64,000 nt of DNA from Squalus acanthias (GCA_030390025.1 CM059432.1:46998001-47062000), one strand, 5' to 3'. Shown: positions 46,765 to 60,533, counted from the first letter of the stretch. A program made the numbers and translations. Notes: a model not told the origin generated them from the sequence alone.

Positions 46765-47459
46765 CTATAACTTGCATTTATATAGCACCTTTAACATAGT
46801 ACAATATCCCAAGGCGCTTCACAGGAAAGTTATCAAACAAAGTTTGACACCGAGCCACATAAGGAGATATTAGGACAGGTAACCAAAAGCTTAGTCAAAG
46901 AGGTAGGTTTTAAGGAGCATCTTCAAGGAGGAGAGAGTTGTAGAGAGGCGGAGAGGTTTAGCAAGGGAATTCCAGAGCTTAGGACCCAGGCAGCTGAAGC
47001 CATGGCCACCAACAGTGGAGAGATTAAAATCGGTGATGTGCAAGAGGCCAGAATTGGAGGAGCGCAGGTATCTCAGAGGGTTGTAGCGCTGGAGCAGGTT
47101 ACAGAGATAGGGAGGGGCGAGGCCATGGAGGAATTTGCAAACAAAGATGAAAATTTTAAAATCAAGGCATTGCCGGATCGGGAGCCAATGTAGGTCAGTG
47201 AGCACAAGGGTGATGGGTGAACGAGACTTGGTGCGAGTCAGGATACAGGCAGCAGAGTTTTGGATGAGCTCAAGGTTATGTAGGGTGGAAGATAGGAGGC
47301 CGGCTAGGAGAGCATTGGAGTAGTCAAGTCTAGAGGTAACAAAAACATGGTTGAGGGTTTCAGCAGAAGATGAGCTGAAGCAGCGGCAGAGATGGGCAAT
47401 GCTACAGAGGTGAAAGCAGGTGATCTTGGAGATGGAGTGGATATGGGGTCGGCAGCTCA
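46765..47459 (-). mobile_element. L2 LINE 3' fragment
   Basis: VTSRLDYSNALL, LELIQNSAA, LHWLPI motifs. Confidence 0.7.
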
Positions 47460-48590
47460 TAAGAACATAAGAACATAAGAAATAGGAGCAGGCCATTCGG
47501 CCCCTCGAGCCTGCTCCGCCATTTAATGAGATCATGGCTGATCCGATTTTGGCCTCAACTCCACTTTCCTGCCTGCTCCCCATAACTCTTGACACCCCTG
47601 TTGCTCAAAAATCTGTCTATCTCAGCCTTGAATATATTGAATGACTCAGCTTCCACAGCTCTCTGGGGTGAAGAATTCCAAAGATTCATAGAAACATAGA
47701 ATCTAGGAGCAGGAGTAGGCCATTCGGCCCGTCGAGCCTGCTCCACCATTCAATACGATTATGGCTGATCATCCAAATCCAGTACCCTGTCCCTGCTTTA
47801 ATCCCCACAGTACACATATCCCACCCTACCCCCATAACCCCACGTATTTAATTACCCCTAACATATCCCATCCTATCCCCATAACCCCACATATTTAATC
47901 CCCCCCTAACACTAAGGGTCAATTTATCATAGCCAAATCAACCTAACCCGCACATTTTTGGACTGTGGGAGGAAACCGGAGCACCCGGAGGAAACCCACG
48001 CAGACACGGGGAGAATGTGCAAACTCCACACAGACAGTCACCCGAGGTCAGATTGGAACCCGGGTCCCTGGCGCTGTGAGGCACCAGTGCTAACCACTGA
48101 GAGAAGAAATTCCTCTTCATCTCTGTCTTAAATGGGCGACCCCTTATTCTGAGACTATGCCCCCTCGTTCTAGATTCCCCCACGAGGGGAAACATCCTCC
48201 CTGCATCTACCCTGTCGAGCCCCCTCAGAATCTTATATGTTTCAATAAGATCACCTCTCATTCTTCTATACTCCAATGAGTATAGGCCCAACCTGCTCAA
48301 CCTTTCTTCATAAGACAACCCTTCCATCCCAGGAATCAACCTAGTGAACCTTCTCTGAACTGCCTCCAATGCAAGTATATCCCTCCTTAAATAAGGGGAC
48401 CAAAACTGGACGCAGTACTCTAGGTGTGGTCTCACCAGCGCCCTGTACAGCTGTAGCAAGACTTCCCTACTTTTATACTCTATTCCCCCTTGAGATAAAG
48501 CCCAACATTCCATTTGCCTTCCTAATTACTTGCTGCACCTGCATATTAACTTTTTGTGTTTCATATACGAGGACACCCAAATCCCTCTGT
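47460..48590 (-). mobile_element. CR1 3' fragments with nested SINE
   Basis: LYRALVRPHLEYCVQFWSP; multiple CR1 tails. Confidence 0.7.
47860..48097 (-). mobile_element. HE1/V-SINE-type tRNA-derived SINE
   Basis: - strand gtggttagcactggtgcctcacagcgccagggacccgggttc..gtggagtttgcacattctccccgtgtctgcgtggg. Confidence 0.7.
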
Positions 48591-48846
48591 AACGTTCCTA
48601 GCGCCCTGTTAGCGCCCCCCGGAGGCGTTAACGGGAGGCACTAACTAACCGAATTTTTCCCCCTATGTATCTGGGTCTGTGGTGTCTTCAGCGCTATGTC
48701 AGTCCCCCTGTTGTTTCAGGAGCCACCTAATGCACTGGTTAACTCCTCTACCTTTTGTTTAAACTCTTATTTAAACCGTCCTGCTCTTCTTTCTTGACTT
48801 TACATTTTTCCACTACGTCTGGATTGTAGAGGATATTGCTGCTGGT

Positions 48847-50615
48847 CTTCTTCTTAGGCAGTCCCTCGGAACCGAGAATGACTTGCTTCCACATTAAAAA
48901 TGAGTTCTCAGGTGACTGATGAGTCCAATGCGGGACCTACAGTCTCTGTCACAGGTGGGGCAGACGGTGGTTGAAGGGGAGGGTGGGTGGGGTGCTTGGG
49001 TTGACGTGCGCTCCTTGCACTGTTTGCGCTTGGCTTCCGCTTGCTCCTAGCAAAGAGACTCGAAGTGTTCGGCGCCTTCCTGGATGCTTCTCCTCCACTT
49101 TGTGCAGCCTTGGGCCAGGGATTCGATGGGGATGTTGCACTTTTTCAAGGAGGCTTTGAGGGTGTCCTTGAAGCGTTTCCTCTGCCCACATGGGGCTCTC
49201 TTGCCGTGTCGGAGCTCCGAGTAGAGCGCTTGTTTTGGGAGTCTCGTATTGGGCATGCGGACGATGTGACCCATCCATCGGAGCTGATCAAGCGTGGTCA
49301 AAGCTTCGATGCTGGGGATGTTGGCCTGAGCGAGAACACTGATGTTGGTGCACCTATCCTGCCAATAGATTTGCAGGATCTTGCGGAGACAGCATTGGTG
49401 GTACCTCTCCAGTGCTTTTAGGTGCCTGCTGTAAATGGTCCATGTCTCTGAGGCATACAGGAGGGCGGGTTTCACTACTGCTCTGTAGACCATGAGCTTG
49501 GTGCCGGGTTTGAGGTCCTGGTCTTCAAACACTCTCTTCCTCAGGCGACCAAAGGCTGCACTGGCACACTGAAGGCAGTGTTGGACTTCGTCATCGATGT
49601 CTGCCCTTGTTGACAGTAGGCTCCCAAGGTATGGAAAGTGGTCCACGTTGTCCAAGGCCTTCTTGTGGATTTTGAAAATCGGGGGGCAGTACTGTGTGGC
49701 GGGGGCAGGTTGGTAGAGGACCTTTGTCTTACGGATGTTTAGTGTAAGGCCCATGCTCTCGTACGCTTCGGTGAAGGTGTTGACGATGGTTTGGAGTTCG
49801 ACCTCAGAGTGTGCGCAGACGCAAGCATCGTCTGCATACTGTAATTCGACAACAGAGGATGGGACGACCTTGGATCTGGACTGGAGGCGGTGGAGGTTGA
49901 ACAGTTTCCCGTTTGTTCTGTAAATTAGCTCCACTCCAGCGGGGAGCTTATTGAGGGTGAGATGGAGCATTGCAGCAAGGAAGATCGAGAAGAGCATTGG
50001 TGCGATGACACAGCCTTGCTTGACCCCGGTCCGTACGTGAATTGGGTCTGTGGTGGAACCATTGGTCAGGATCACGGCTTGCATGTTGTCATGAAGCAGG
50101 CGAAGGATGGTGACAAACTTTTGAGGGCAGCCAAATTTGAGGAGGACACTCCATAATCCCTCACGGTTGACAGTGTCGAAGGCCTTTGTGAGGTCAAAGA
50201 AGGCTATCTATAACGGTTGGTGCTGTTCCCTGCATTTCTCTTGTAATTGACGCATGATGAAGATCGTGTCCATTGTGCCCCTTAGTGGGCGGAATCCACA
50301 TTGCAACTCTGGGAGGAGCTCCTCAGCCACCGGGAGAAGGCGATTGAGGAGGATTCTTGCAATGACTTTCCCTGTGGCAGACATCAGGGAAACTCCTCTG
50401 TAATTACCGCAATCGGACTTGTCACCTTTCTTGAAGATGGTCACAATTATGGCATCTCTGAGATCCCCCGGCATGCTCTCCTCCTTCCAGATAAGAGAAA
50501 TTAGTTCATGAATTTGCTCCAGTAGTGCTTCTCCGCCATGCTTTAGTGCCTCGGCAGGGATTCCATCTGTTCCTGAGGCCTTGTTGTTCTTCAGTTGCTG
50601 GATGGCCTTTTCAAC
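48847..50615 (-). mobile_element. 5'-truncated RTE-clade LINE (RT domain)
   Basis: GVKQGCVIAP, LQYADD, FPYLGS; (AAG)n tail; ~60-bp flanking duplication. Confidence 0.85.
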
Positions 50616-50729
50616 CTCTTCTTTCTTGACTTTACATTTTTCCACGTCTGGATTGTAGAGGATATCCCTGCTGGTGCACTTGTCATGGCTATGCTCTCAA
50701 TCCTGAGAGGCAACTACCTCTCCAATTTA

Positions 50730-51880
50730 GGATTGGTGGAATACAATTCTGCTGCCGTTGATGGCCCACAATGCCTCATGGATGCCCAGTTTCGAGCTTC
50801 TAGATCTGTTCTGAATCTATCCCATTTAGTACGGTGGCAGTGCCACACAACACGATGGAGGGTGTCCTCAGTGTGAAGACAGGACTTTGTCTCCACAAGA
50901 ACTGTGTGGTGGTCGTTGCTACCAATGCTGTCATGGACAGATGCATCTGCGACAGGTGAGGACGAGGTCAAGTAGGTTTTTCCCTTATGTTGGTTCTCTC
51001 ACCACCTGCCACAGGCCCAGTCTGGCAGCTATCTCCTTCAGGACTTGGCCAGCTCGATCAGTAGTGGTGCTGCCGAGCTGCTCTTGGTGATGGACATTGA
51101 AGTCCCCCACCCAGATACATTCTGTGCCCTTGCTACCCTCAGTGCTTCTTCCAAGTGGTGTTCAACATGGAGGAGTACTGATTCATCAGCTGAGAGAGGG
51201 CAATAGGTTGTAATCAGCAGGAGGTTTCCTTGCCCATGCTTGACCTGAAGCCATGAGACTTCATGGGGTCCGGAGTCAATGTTGAGGACTCCCAGGGCCA
51301 CACCCTCCTGGCTGCCACCTCTGGTGGTTAGTCCTACCGGTGGGACAGGACATACCCAGGGATGGTGATGGAGGAGTCTGGGACTTTGGCTGAAAGGTAT
51401 GATTCTGTGATTATGACTATGTCAGGCTGTTGCTTGACTAGTCTGTGGGACAGGTCTCCCAATTTTGGCACAAGTCCCCAGATGTTCGTGAGCAGGAATT
51501 TGCAGGGTCGATTGGGCTGAGTGTGCCATTGACGTGTCCGAAGTCGGTGCCTAGGTCGATGCCGGGTGGTCCGCCCGGTTTTATTCTTATTATTGTTTCT
51601 CATAGCGGTTTGTTACAACTGAGTGACTTGCTAGGCCATTTCAGAGGGCAGTTAAGAGTCAACCACATTGCTGTGGGCCTGGAGTCACATATAGGCCACA
51701 CCAGGTAAGGACGGCAGATTTCCTTCCCTGAAGGACATTAGTGAACCAGATGGGTTTTTACGACAATCCGATAGTTTCATGGTCACCATTACTGATACTA
51801 GCTTTTTATTCCAGATTTATTTAATTAACTGAATTTAAATTCCCCAGCTGCCGTGGTGGGATTTGAACTCCCATCTCTGA
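50730..51880 (-). mobile_element. LINE 5' portion (APE endonuclease remnant); related copy at ~45520-46660
   Basis: QQPDIVIITESYL..IPGY and DSIGSNDHHTV motifs. Confidence 0.6.
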
Positions 51881-52966
51881 ATCATAGAATCATAGAATCA
51901 AAGAATTGGTACAGCACAGAAGGAGGCCATTCAGCCCGTCGAGCCTGTGCTGGCTCTCTGCAAGAACACTTCAGCTAGTCCCAATCCCCCGCCCTTTCCC
52001 CATAGCCCTGCAATTTTTTTCCTTCAGGTACTTATCCAATTCCCTTTTGTAAGCCACGATTGAGTCTGCCACCACCACTCTTTCAGGCAGTGCATTCCAG
52101 ATCGCTGCATAAAAAAGTTTTTCCTCATGTCGCCTTTGGTTCTTCTGCCAATCACCTTAAATCTGTGTCCTCTGGTTCTCGACCCTTCCGCCAACGGGAA
52201 CAATTTCTCTATCTATTCTGTGTTGACCCCTCATGATTTTGAACACCTCTATCAAATCTCCTCTCAACCTTCTCTGCTCTAAGGAGAACAACCCCAGCTT
52301 CTCTAGTCTATCCACGTAACTGAAGTCCCTCATCCTTGGAACCATTCTCATAAATCTTTTCTGCACCCTCTCTGAGGCCTTCACATCCTTTCTAAAGTGC
52401 AGTGCCCAGAATTGGACACAATACTCCAGTTGAGGCCGAACCAGTGTTTTATAAAGGTTCATCATAACTTCCTTGCTTTTGTACGCTATGCCTCTATTTA
52501 TGAAGCCCAAGATCCTGTATGATTTTTTAACTGCTTTCTCAAACTGCCCTGCCACCTTCAACGATTTGTGCACATATACCCCCAGGTGTCTCTGTTCATG
52601 CACCCCCTTTAGGATTGTACCCTTTAGTTTATATTGCATCTCCTCATTCTTCCTACCAAAATGTATCACATCGCACTTTTCTATGTTAAATTTCATCTGC
52701 CACATGTCTGCCCATTTCACCAGCCTATCTATGTCTTCTTGAAGTCTATCCCTATCCTTCTCACTGTTCACTATAGTTCCAAGTTTTGTGTCATCTGCAA
52801 ATTTTGAAATTGTGCCCTGTACACCCAAGTCCAAGTCATTAATATATATCAAGAAAAGCAGTGGACCTAGTACCAACCCCTGGGGAACACCACTGTATAC
52901 CTTCCTCCAGTCCAAAAAACAACTGTTCACCACTACTCTCTGTTTCCTGTCACTTAACCAAGTCAA
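51881..52966 (-). mobile_element. CR1 3' fragment
   Basis: SGVPQGLVLGP, KFADDTKL; (ttctatga) tail. Confidence 0.8.
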
Positions 52967-53029
52967 TTAGAATCATTAGTCCAGGCCTCTGGATTACTTG
53001 TCCAGTAACATAACCACTATGCTACCGTT

Positions 53030-53650
53030 CCCGGCACTCTTTGTTTTCTGTCCGTTAACCAATCCTCAATCCATGCTAACTATGATTATTCCCAATCTGA
53101 TGAGCCCTAATCTTGTGTAATAGCCTCTTGTGTGGCATGTTATTGAATGCCTTTTGAAAATCCAAATATACTACATCCACTGGTTCCCCCTTATCTACCC
53201 TGCTACTTACACCCTCAAAAAACTCTAATAGATTTGTCAAACATGATTTCCCTTTCATAAAACCATGTTGACTCTGCCTGATCATATTATGATTTTATAA
53301 TTTCCCTGTTATCCCATCCCCAATGATAGATGCTCACATTTTCCCTACTATTGATATCAGACTAACTGGCCTGTAGTTCCCTGTTTTCTCTCTTCCCTCC
53401 TTTCTTGAATAGCGGGGTTATATTTGCTACCTTCCAATCCACGGGGATCATTCTAGAATCTAGGGAATTCTGGAAGATCAATGCTTCCACTAATTCTGCA
53501 GCCACCTCTTTTAAAACTCTAGGATTTAGGCTGTCAGGTGCAGAGGATTTGTCGGCTTTTAGTCCCATTAATTTCTCCAGTACTTTTACAATATTAATTA
53601 TTTTAAGTTCCTCACTCTCATTAGACGCTTGGTTCACGACTATTCTGGTA
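53030..53650 (-). mobile_element. CR1 RT fragment
   Basis: [22 protein letters not shown]. Confidence 0.7.
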
Positions 53651-56000
53651 TGTTTTTCGGATGATGTCGCCGAGGGGCAGCATGTAGATAAGAATTAGGA
53701 GATGCATCACTATATAGCTATGGAGAGGTGTTGAATAGTGATGTTGAATGTGACTAATGTTGGATTTGAGATCCCTTTCTCTTATACTTCTGCTTCTTCC
53801 CCACATGTTTCGTTAGCTTATCAAGACAGCAGATGGCACACTATGAGTAATGAAACATGTTAATATTTCTGTGGCAGCGCATGCTGGTTTAAAGAATTTA
53901 CCTACTGCCTATAGGCAATGGTAATCAGCAGAGAACTACAGTAAGAAAATAATTTCACTGCATCCAGGTTTCTATGCAAAGTTGTTGCACTTAACAGCAA
54001 ATCACACTAAAAATATTGAGCGTAGAAATACAATATTTGGCGCATGTTACTGCATTACAATAAATCATCGCGTGCCACACTATTAGGGATACATATATTA
54101 GGCTGTGTTTGGTTGTCCCCGCCTAGAGGTCATTACTCTTGGTGGTATTATGGGATTGATGCAATTAACTAGGCATAACTACTATGGCAGCAGCACCGTC
54201 TGCAATGCCAACTTTCATTTGGTTGATGAATGCAACTTTTTCCGACAGCAAGCAAAATGTGCCATTTAAAGAAACTGTGCCTTGGTAAAGATATACCCAC
54301 ATTTATAGTACTTTTCTGTTTGTGCATGATTGTTAGATCATTCTTTTAGCCACATTTAAATATGTGGCAATTATCCCTCATTGTGCAATATAATTCAGTA
54401 TGGCAATCTATTCAATGAGCACTGTACAAATGAAGGACCTGTGTAACTGTGTCATAAAAGCCACATACATGAAGTCAATCTGTTTGTCTACTGCGTTATC
54501 TGTCTCTAACAGTTTCTATTTAAAAAGAAACATATAAAACCATAGTTTACATTTGTCTCCACATTTTGAGGAGCAGCAGCATTGTTTGCACATGTACACA
54601 TTTGTTTAATCAGTCAAAACCATCTTTGAAAATTGTACTGATGGAAATAGAATGCTTACTGCAGAAGCTTGTTGACATGCATGACTTTATTCAACTGGCA
54701 CAAATCCTTACTGTATTTCCATAGGCTTATCTTTTGTACATCTTTTTCAGATCATTAAACTTCTTGCTGACCTCTTTTCATGCCTCGGGGGCTGTAAACA
54801 CTCTTTGCATGCTTCCTGCCTGAGGCCTTTGTGGTTGTGATTGCTGGTCCGTCAACTAGAGCTGTCCTTCTTTCCACAGTTGCATCCATTAGCTCCTCTA
54901 TGGCATCCGCTCTGAAATACAATTCATGAGAAAGCTGCTAAGCCATTCCTCCTCTTTATTTCCACAAAGCATACCTATATGAAAGCTCCCATGACATTAT
55001 TTAGACTATTGTGCGATTGTTAAGGCACTGGAAATGTACAAAATAAGCATTAGCTCTGCTGATTCCTGACTGACCACATTTCTGATACTGACAATGGAGT
55101 GAAAATTCTGATGTGCATATCACAAAATTGTGCATTCCCAGCCCAACAATTAAAGTTAATGGATTTGAAATTCCACAGGACCATCTGTTCCAACAGTGCA
55201 CTGCAAGGATGGGATTTCCACCCACCCATCCATTCCAGCACTGACCGTGCCATAGAATGTGGCGCAAGCTGAATTTGCATACCTACTGGTGTTAATTGAG
55301 CAGAACTCCTTGTAACACGGGAGTACTGTGCTAGGCGTGAGGAGGGGTGGAAATTTCAAGTGCAGCCTTTAAATAGTCAGGAATGCCTGCAGATTTCAGC
55401 AGCAGACTGTGGGAGGGGTGGGGGGCAGATGATGTGTAGCGAACCTTTTGCAAGATTGAGGTGATTGGTAGGAAACTGTCATAGATGGCTCATGTGAAGT
55501 TTTGTGGTACTTTTGAAGAACGTCTTCAAACGGAGGAGAAGGCAGAGGCACCTAAGGAAAGGAGCAGGTCATTGGAATGAGGTAGAGAAGAATCACCCAA
55601 AATTTAAAAAGGCCGACCTACAAAGTTGAAGCCCATAGGATTAAAGGGGCAGTGGCAGCGTGGATATGAAACTGGCTAAGGAACAGAAAACAGAGATTAG
55701 CAGTGAATGGTTGTGTTTCAAACTGGATGGAAATATACAGTGGTGCCCCCCACTGGTCGATATTAGGACCACTGCTTTTTTTGATTAATATTAATGACCT
55801 GGACTTGGGTATACAGGGCATAATTTCAAAGTTTGCAGATGAGACAAAACTTGTAAAAGTAGTAAACAGTGAGGAGGGTCGTAGCAGACTTCAGGAGGAC
55901 ATAGATAGACTGGTGAAATGAGCAGACGCATGGCAGATTAAATTTAATGCAGAGAAGTGTGCAGTGATGCATTTTGGAAGGAAGCATGAGGAGAGGCAAT

Positions 56001-56745
56001 GGCCCAGAAATTGATCTCGCTCTGTTCCCGCGGGGGTAAGCCTTTCCCGCGATGTCTCACCTCGCTTATGCTTTTTCTGATCCAGCTCGCACGAAATTGA
56101 TGTTCCAGACATCAGCTGTGCTGGGCTTGCGTATCCCAGCGGCGTAGTTAATTCGTGCGAGCTGTGGGATCACGTGACTCAGTTAGAGCCAATGGCAGCA
56201 CACCATCTTCCATTCATAAGTCTCACAGCATGGCTGAGAGACTTATGAATCTTACACCCCCCCAAAATAACAGCTAAACCTCAATTAAATTAAAAAAAAA
56301 ACCCATCACATTAATAAAATAAGTATAGTTAATTAAATTAACCATTTTAAATAAAAAATTAAATTTTTGAAAAAATTTAAAATCTTTTAAAAAGTTATAA
56401 AAATAAACTTACCTGTCTTTAAAGTCTATAAAAAAGATATACCTGTAAAAAAAAAATTCAAAAAAATACTTAATTCACTACTTACCTTCTTAAAAGCGGG
56501 TCTTACTCCTCCTTTTTACATTTCCAAAATCTTCAGTACTTACCTGCGCGTCCAAAGCATGAAGTGCACAGCGTGCGCGCAGCCTGTAGCGCGCACGCGA
56601 TGCACTCCGGCCCCGCCCCCTTTTCGGAAGAGCAATTGCCGGTTTTCAGCGCATGCGCAGGGCATGCAGAAAACCGGCAATTGGAGTGGGAATACGCGAG
56701 AGTATGCAGTGCGTACTCTCGCGTCCCGGGATCAATTTTCGGCCC
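56001..56745 (-). mobile_element. MITE family B copy, nested in CR1
   Basis: TSD AAT; removing it restores the CR1 sequence gagaggcaatataaac. Confidence 0.85.
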
Positions 56746-56890
56746 AATATAAACTAAATGGTATAATTGTAAAGGGGGTGCAGGAACAGAGAGACTTGGG
56801 GGTTTACGTAAAGAAATATTTGAAGCTGACAAGACAAGTTGAGAAGGGTATTAAAAAGGCATACAGGATCCTTGGCTTTATAAATAGAGG

Positions 56891-57537
56891 TCATGATGCG
56901 GAGATGCCGGTGTTGGACTGGGGTGGACAAAATTGAGAGGTCGCACAACACCAGGTTATAGTCCAACAGTTTTATTTTAAATCACAAGCTTTCGGAGTTA
57001 CAACTCCTTCGTCGGGTGAAGTGAGGAGATACAGAATCGTCAAAGCATATATAGATAGAGAACAATGCATGTGTAACTTACAATTGCAGACAACTAAATT
57101 CAATCATCCTGACTGTTTATCTGCCGAGGTGTGATAAAGTTAATCAGGTCAGCCAGGAAGGTACCACATCAAAGACATAGCAAGATACAACTGAGACAAT
57201 GAGGTGGAGTCGCATGGGGGGTCTAACGCTTTTGACACGTTAGACCCCCCATGCGACTCCACCTCATTGTCTCAGTTGTATCTTGCTATGTCTTTGATGT
57301 GGTACCTTCCTGGCTGACCTGATTAACTTTATCACACCTCGGCAGATAAACAGTCAGGATGATTGAATTTAGTTGTCTGCAATTGTAAGTTACACATGCA
57401 TTGTTCTCTATCTATATATGCTTTGACGATTCTGTATCTCCTCACTTCACCCGACGAAGGAGTTGTAACTCCGAAAGCTTGTGATTTAAAATAAAACTGT
57501 TGGACTATAACCTGGTGTTGTGCGACCTCTCAATTTT
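56891..57537. mobile_element. Penelope-like element remnant forming a 300-bp-arm inverted repeat, with hammerhead-like motifs
   Basis: Arms 56929-57228 and 57238-57537, 38-bp tail on one side, TSD ATAAATAGAGG, nested in CR1. Confidence 0.75.
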
Positions 57538-58140
57538 ATAAATAGAGGCATAGAGTACAAAAACAAAGAAGTTGCTAAACCTTTATAAATCACTGGTTAG
57601 GCCTCAGCTATAGAGTATTGTGTCTAATTCTGGGCACCACACTTTAGCAAAGATGTCAAGGTCTTGGAGAGGGTGCAGAGGAGATTTATTAGAATGGTAC
57701 CAGGGATGAGGGACTTCAGTTACGTGAAGAGACTAGAGAAGCTGGGATTATTCTCCTTAGAGCAGAGAAGGTTAAGGGAAGATTTGATATGGGTATTCAA
57801 AATCATGAAGGATTTTGATAGAATAAATAAGGAGAAACTGTTTCCACTGGCAGAAGGGTCAGTAACCAGAGGACACAGATTGAAGGTAATTGTCAAAAAA
57901 GCCAGAGGTGAGATGAGATTTTTTTTTACGCAGTGAGTGTTATGATCTGGAATGCACTGCCTGAAAGGGTGGTTGAAGTAGATTCAATAGTAACTTTCAA
58001 AAGGGAATTGGATAAATAATTAAAGGGGAGAAAATTGCAGGGCTATGGGGAAAGGGCTGGGGAATGGGACTAATTGGATAGCTCTTTCAAAGAGCTGGTA
58101 CAGGCATGATGGGCTGAATGGCCTCCTTCAGTGCTGTAGA

Positions 58141-59671
58141 GGGCTAGAAATTCATTATAGCAAAGAAATGGGCAGTGTTTAGACTAAAAATTGTTAAGTA
58201 GCGCCAGTTGAAAATCGTCTAGGCTGCATGCAAAAATTCGCCCTCACTCCTCATTAAAATGATTGCAGTCATGATTCTCGTCTAAAAATCCAAGCTCATT
58301 GGAGCTGCACTGAAAAGATGGACCAATATCGGGGGCAGTCTAAACGCAAGTAATGATTGCCACAGACTTTTTTCACTGCTTAAAAGGAAGGTTCATTGAT
58401 GCTGCAGCACCTCATTCTCAGCATTGTTGGGTGTGCTGCTGCCTCAACAACCATAAGAAGGACAAGGAGAAGGAGCAATTATTTACAAATCCTGATGGCA
58501 GATCGCCACCCCCGGGAGAGAGCCTGGAGGTTTTCTGATGAAGCTTTGGAGGCATTGGTTTTAGTGGTGGAGAGAAGGCGGGCGGTCCTGTATCCGGCGA
58601 GTGGCAGGAGGCCCTCACCACAAGTCTACCGGACTATGTGGAGGGAGGTGACACACCACATCACGAGCAGCACTGTGGTCCCCTGGACCCACACACAGTG
58701 CAGGAAGAAGTTTAACCAGCTCACACGGGTGGTCAGGGTGAGTGAAGGCTTGAACAAATGCTACATACCACCATCTGTATCAGAAGCATCACACACTGCT
58801 CAATGTACCACACCCCAGCACTCACCCACCAATAATCTCTACCTAGCAACACTCACATCTCACACCTTGCACACAATGACAGCTATTCAACTATGGCAGG
58901 CACAAGGGTTATTAGTTATTAGAATTCATGTGATATGTTTATAGATAAATTCATTAATTGTGTTTGAAATATTTTGTGGCCTCTCTCATTTTACCTTTGC
59001 GCCCAGGAGGACGCTGTGATATGGCGTGAGACAGAGATTGTATGCTGGGGATGTAGTGAGCTACGGGGATCTGGGGTTTCATTCATACAAATCGGAGTCT
59101 GATGAGCTGGTCATGAAGGCCGATTGTCTCACTGCCTCCACTCCCTCCATCGTGGAGGGCGAGATCCACTGCCAATACAGCCCCCATGACTTTTAGCAAG
59201 TGTTGTAGGTTGGAGCTTTTCAGAAATAATTATGGAGTTTTGTACTTGCCACAACACTCCCTGATACCAAAGAACCTTGAAATGAATAAAGAAAACTCTT
59301 CCAGTAGCAGGAAGTAGCACACAGTCACTCAAACTTCAAAAACCTGTCAGGTCCGAGTGATTCGTGATGATCCCTTTAAATAGTGTCGCTGGAGCCGGCT
59401 TCCTGCTGTTGCATGCCACCTGAAGCTGTCGTTGTTTTCTCCAGCCGGTAAGTTCATGGGCTGTAACGAAGTTGGGAAATCGGGCGTCAAGTGAGCGTTG
59501 CACACTCGCTAAAGTCACAATCTCCTTGATGGCCAAGTCCCTGGTGATCGCATTCAGCAGCATCGCTATTAGCAACACCGATATGCCGTGCGGCACTAGA
59601 ACCAGAATTAGGTGGCGTTAAAGCTCTTGACGGCATTTTAGCGCCATGGCAAACCACACAAATTTTTCCCC
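58141..59671 (+). mobile_element. Non-autonomous Harbinger derivative with Myb/SANT exon (RERAWRFSDEALEALV..W..QCRKKFNQL, ~58495-58737)
   Basis: GGGCTAGAAATT..AATTTTTCCCC termini; Myb-like peptide followed by a gtgagt donor. Confidence 0.7.
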
Positions 59672-60299
59672 CGATGATTATATGATACAGACACTCTGGA
59701 AAAAAAATGTAGCAAAAGAGAAAAACGACTGCTGACGCATTGGGGTGCACATCACCAGAAACCCTGGCAGAAACAGATCCTGCCCCAAAGTGCACCCCAA
59801 AAACTGTCGGTATACTATTCTTACACCTAAACTCGCTGCAAACATGAGTATTGGAGCCTGTGGATGGAAAGTCATGGGCTGGAAGCATAACAAGCATTTA
59901 TGGCACACCAGGACTTGGCACATCAGATTTTTTACTCCAATAACGCCAGCCTGCTGTAATATTGCACACAGTGGGAAGCACTAGATCTCAGTGCTATTTT
60001 TCATTCACATTAAATACTCCAGAAAGTAGGAGACTCCAACACACATTTTAACAAAGAATGGAAAGCACAGATTGTTCGGATAAAGTAGAGGAAATTTTAC
60101 TCTGCATCTGTTGGAGCTACACTTGAGCTGGTTAATGCTCGATACTGAAACTGGGTGACAAAAGTGAAAAAATGTTCCGTTCCCCAGCATTAGCATTCCT
60201 TTCAGTGATGAGCACAAAAAAATTGCAAAAAGGTAAACTAAAATATACTTTAACTGCACAATACTGATTTTCTAATTTATGCATTTTCTTGCCCTTTAG

Positions 60300-60350
60300 G
60301 TCGATAAAAAAGAAATGAGAAAGAATTATACACATTCATTAAGATTCAAG
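60300..60350 (+). CDS. CNGB3: CNGB3 coding exon (VDKKEMRKNYTHSLRFK)
   Basis: ccctttag / gtaagt, 51 bp, phase 0-0, in frame with neighbouring exons. Confidence 0.85.
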
Positions 60351-60446
60351 GTAAGTTATAAATACCCAACCAATTAACAAATACTTTTTTTTAGCCAAAT
60401 TACCTTTTAAAGACTATGCATTCTGATTAAAATTCTGTTTCCACAG

Positions 60447-60533
60447 CTTGATCTGGCATCAATAATCCCCTTTGATTTATTATACTTGCTGTTTACCTGT
60501 AATCCCCTGTTTCGACTGAATCGTTTACTTAAG
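60447..60533 (+). CDS. CNGB3: CNGB3 coding exon, S3-S4 ([29 protein letters not shown])
   Basis: tttccacag / gtaaat, 87 bp; LD.ASIIPFD is CNGB3-like. Confidence 0.9.

Larger units (their letters stand above)
55620..58138 (+). mobile_element. CR1 3' fragment hosting MITE B and the Penelope palindrome
   Basis: KFADETKL..ERVQRRFIRMVPG; continuous once the inserts are removed. Confidence 0.75.
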
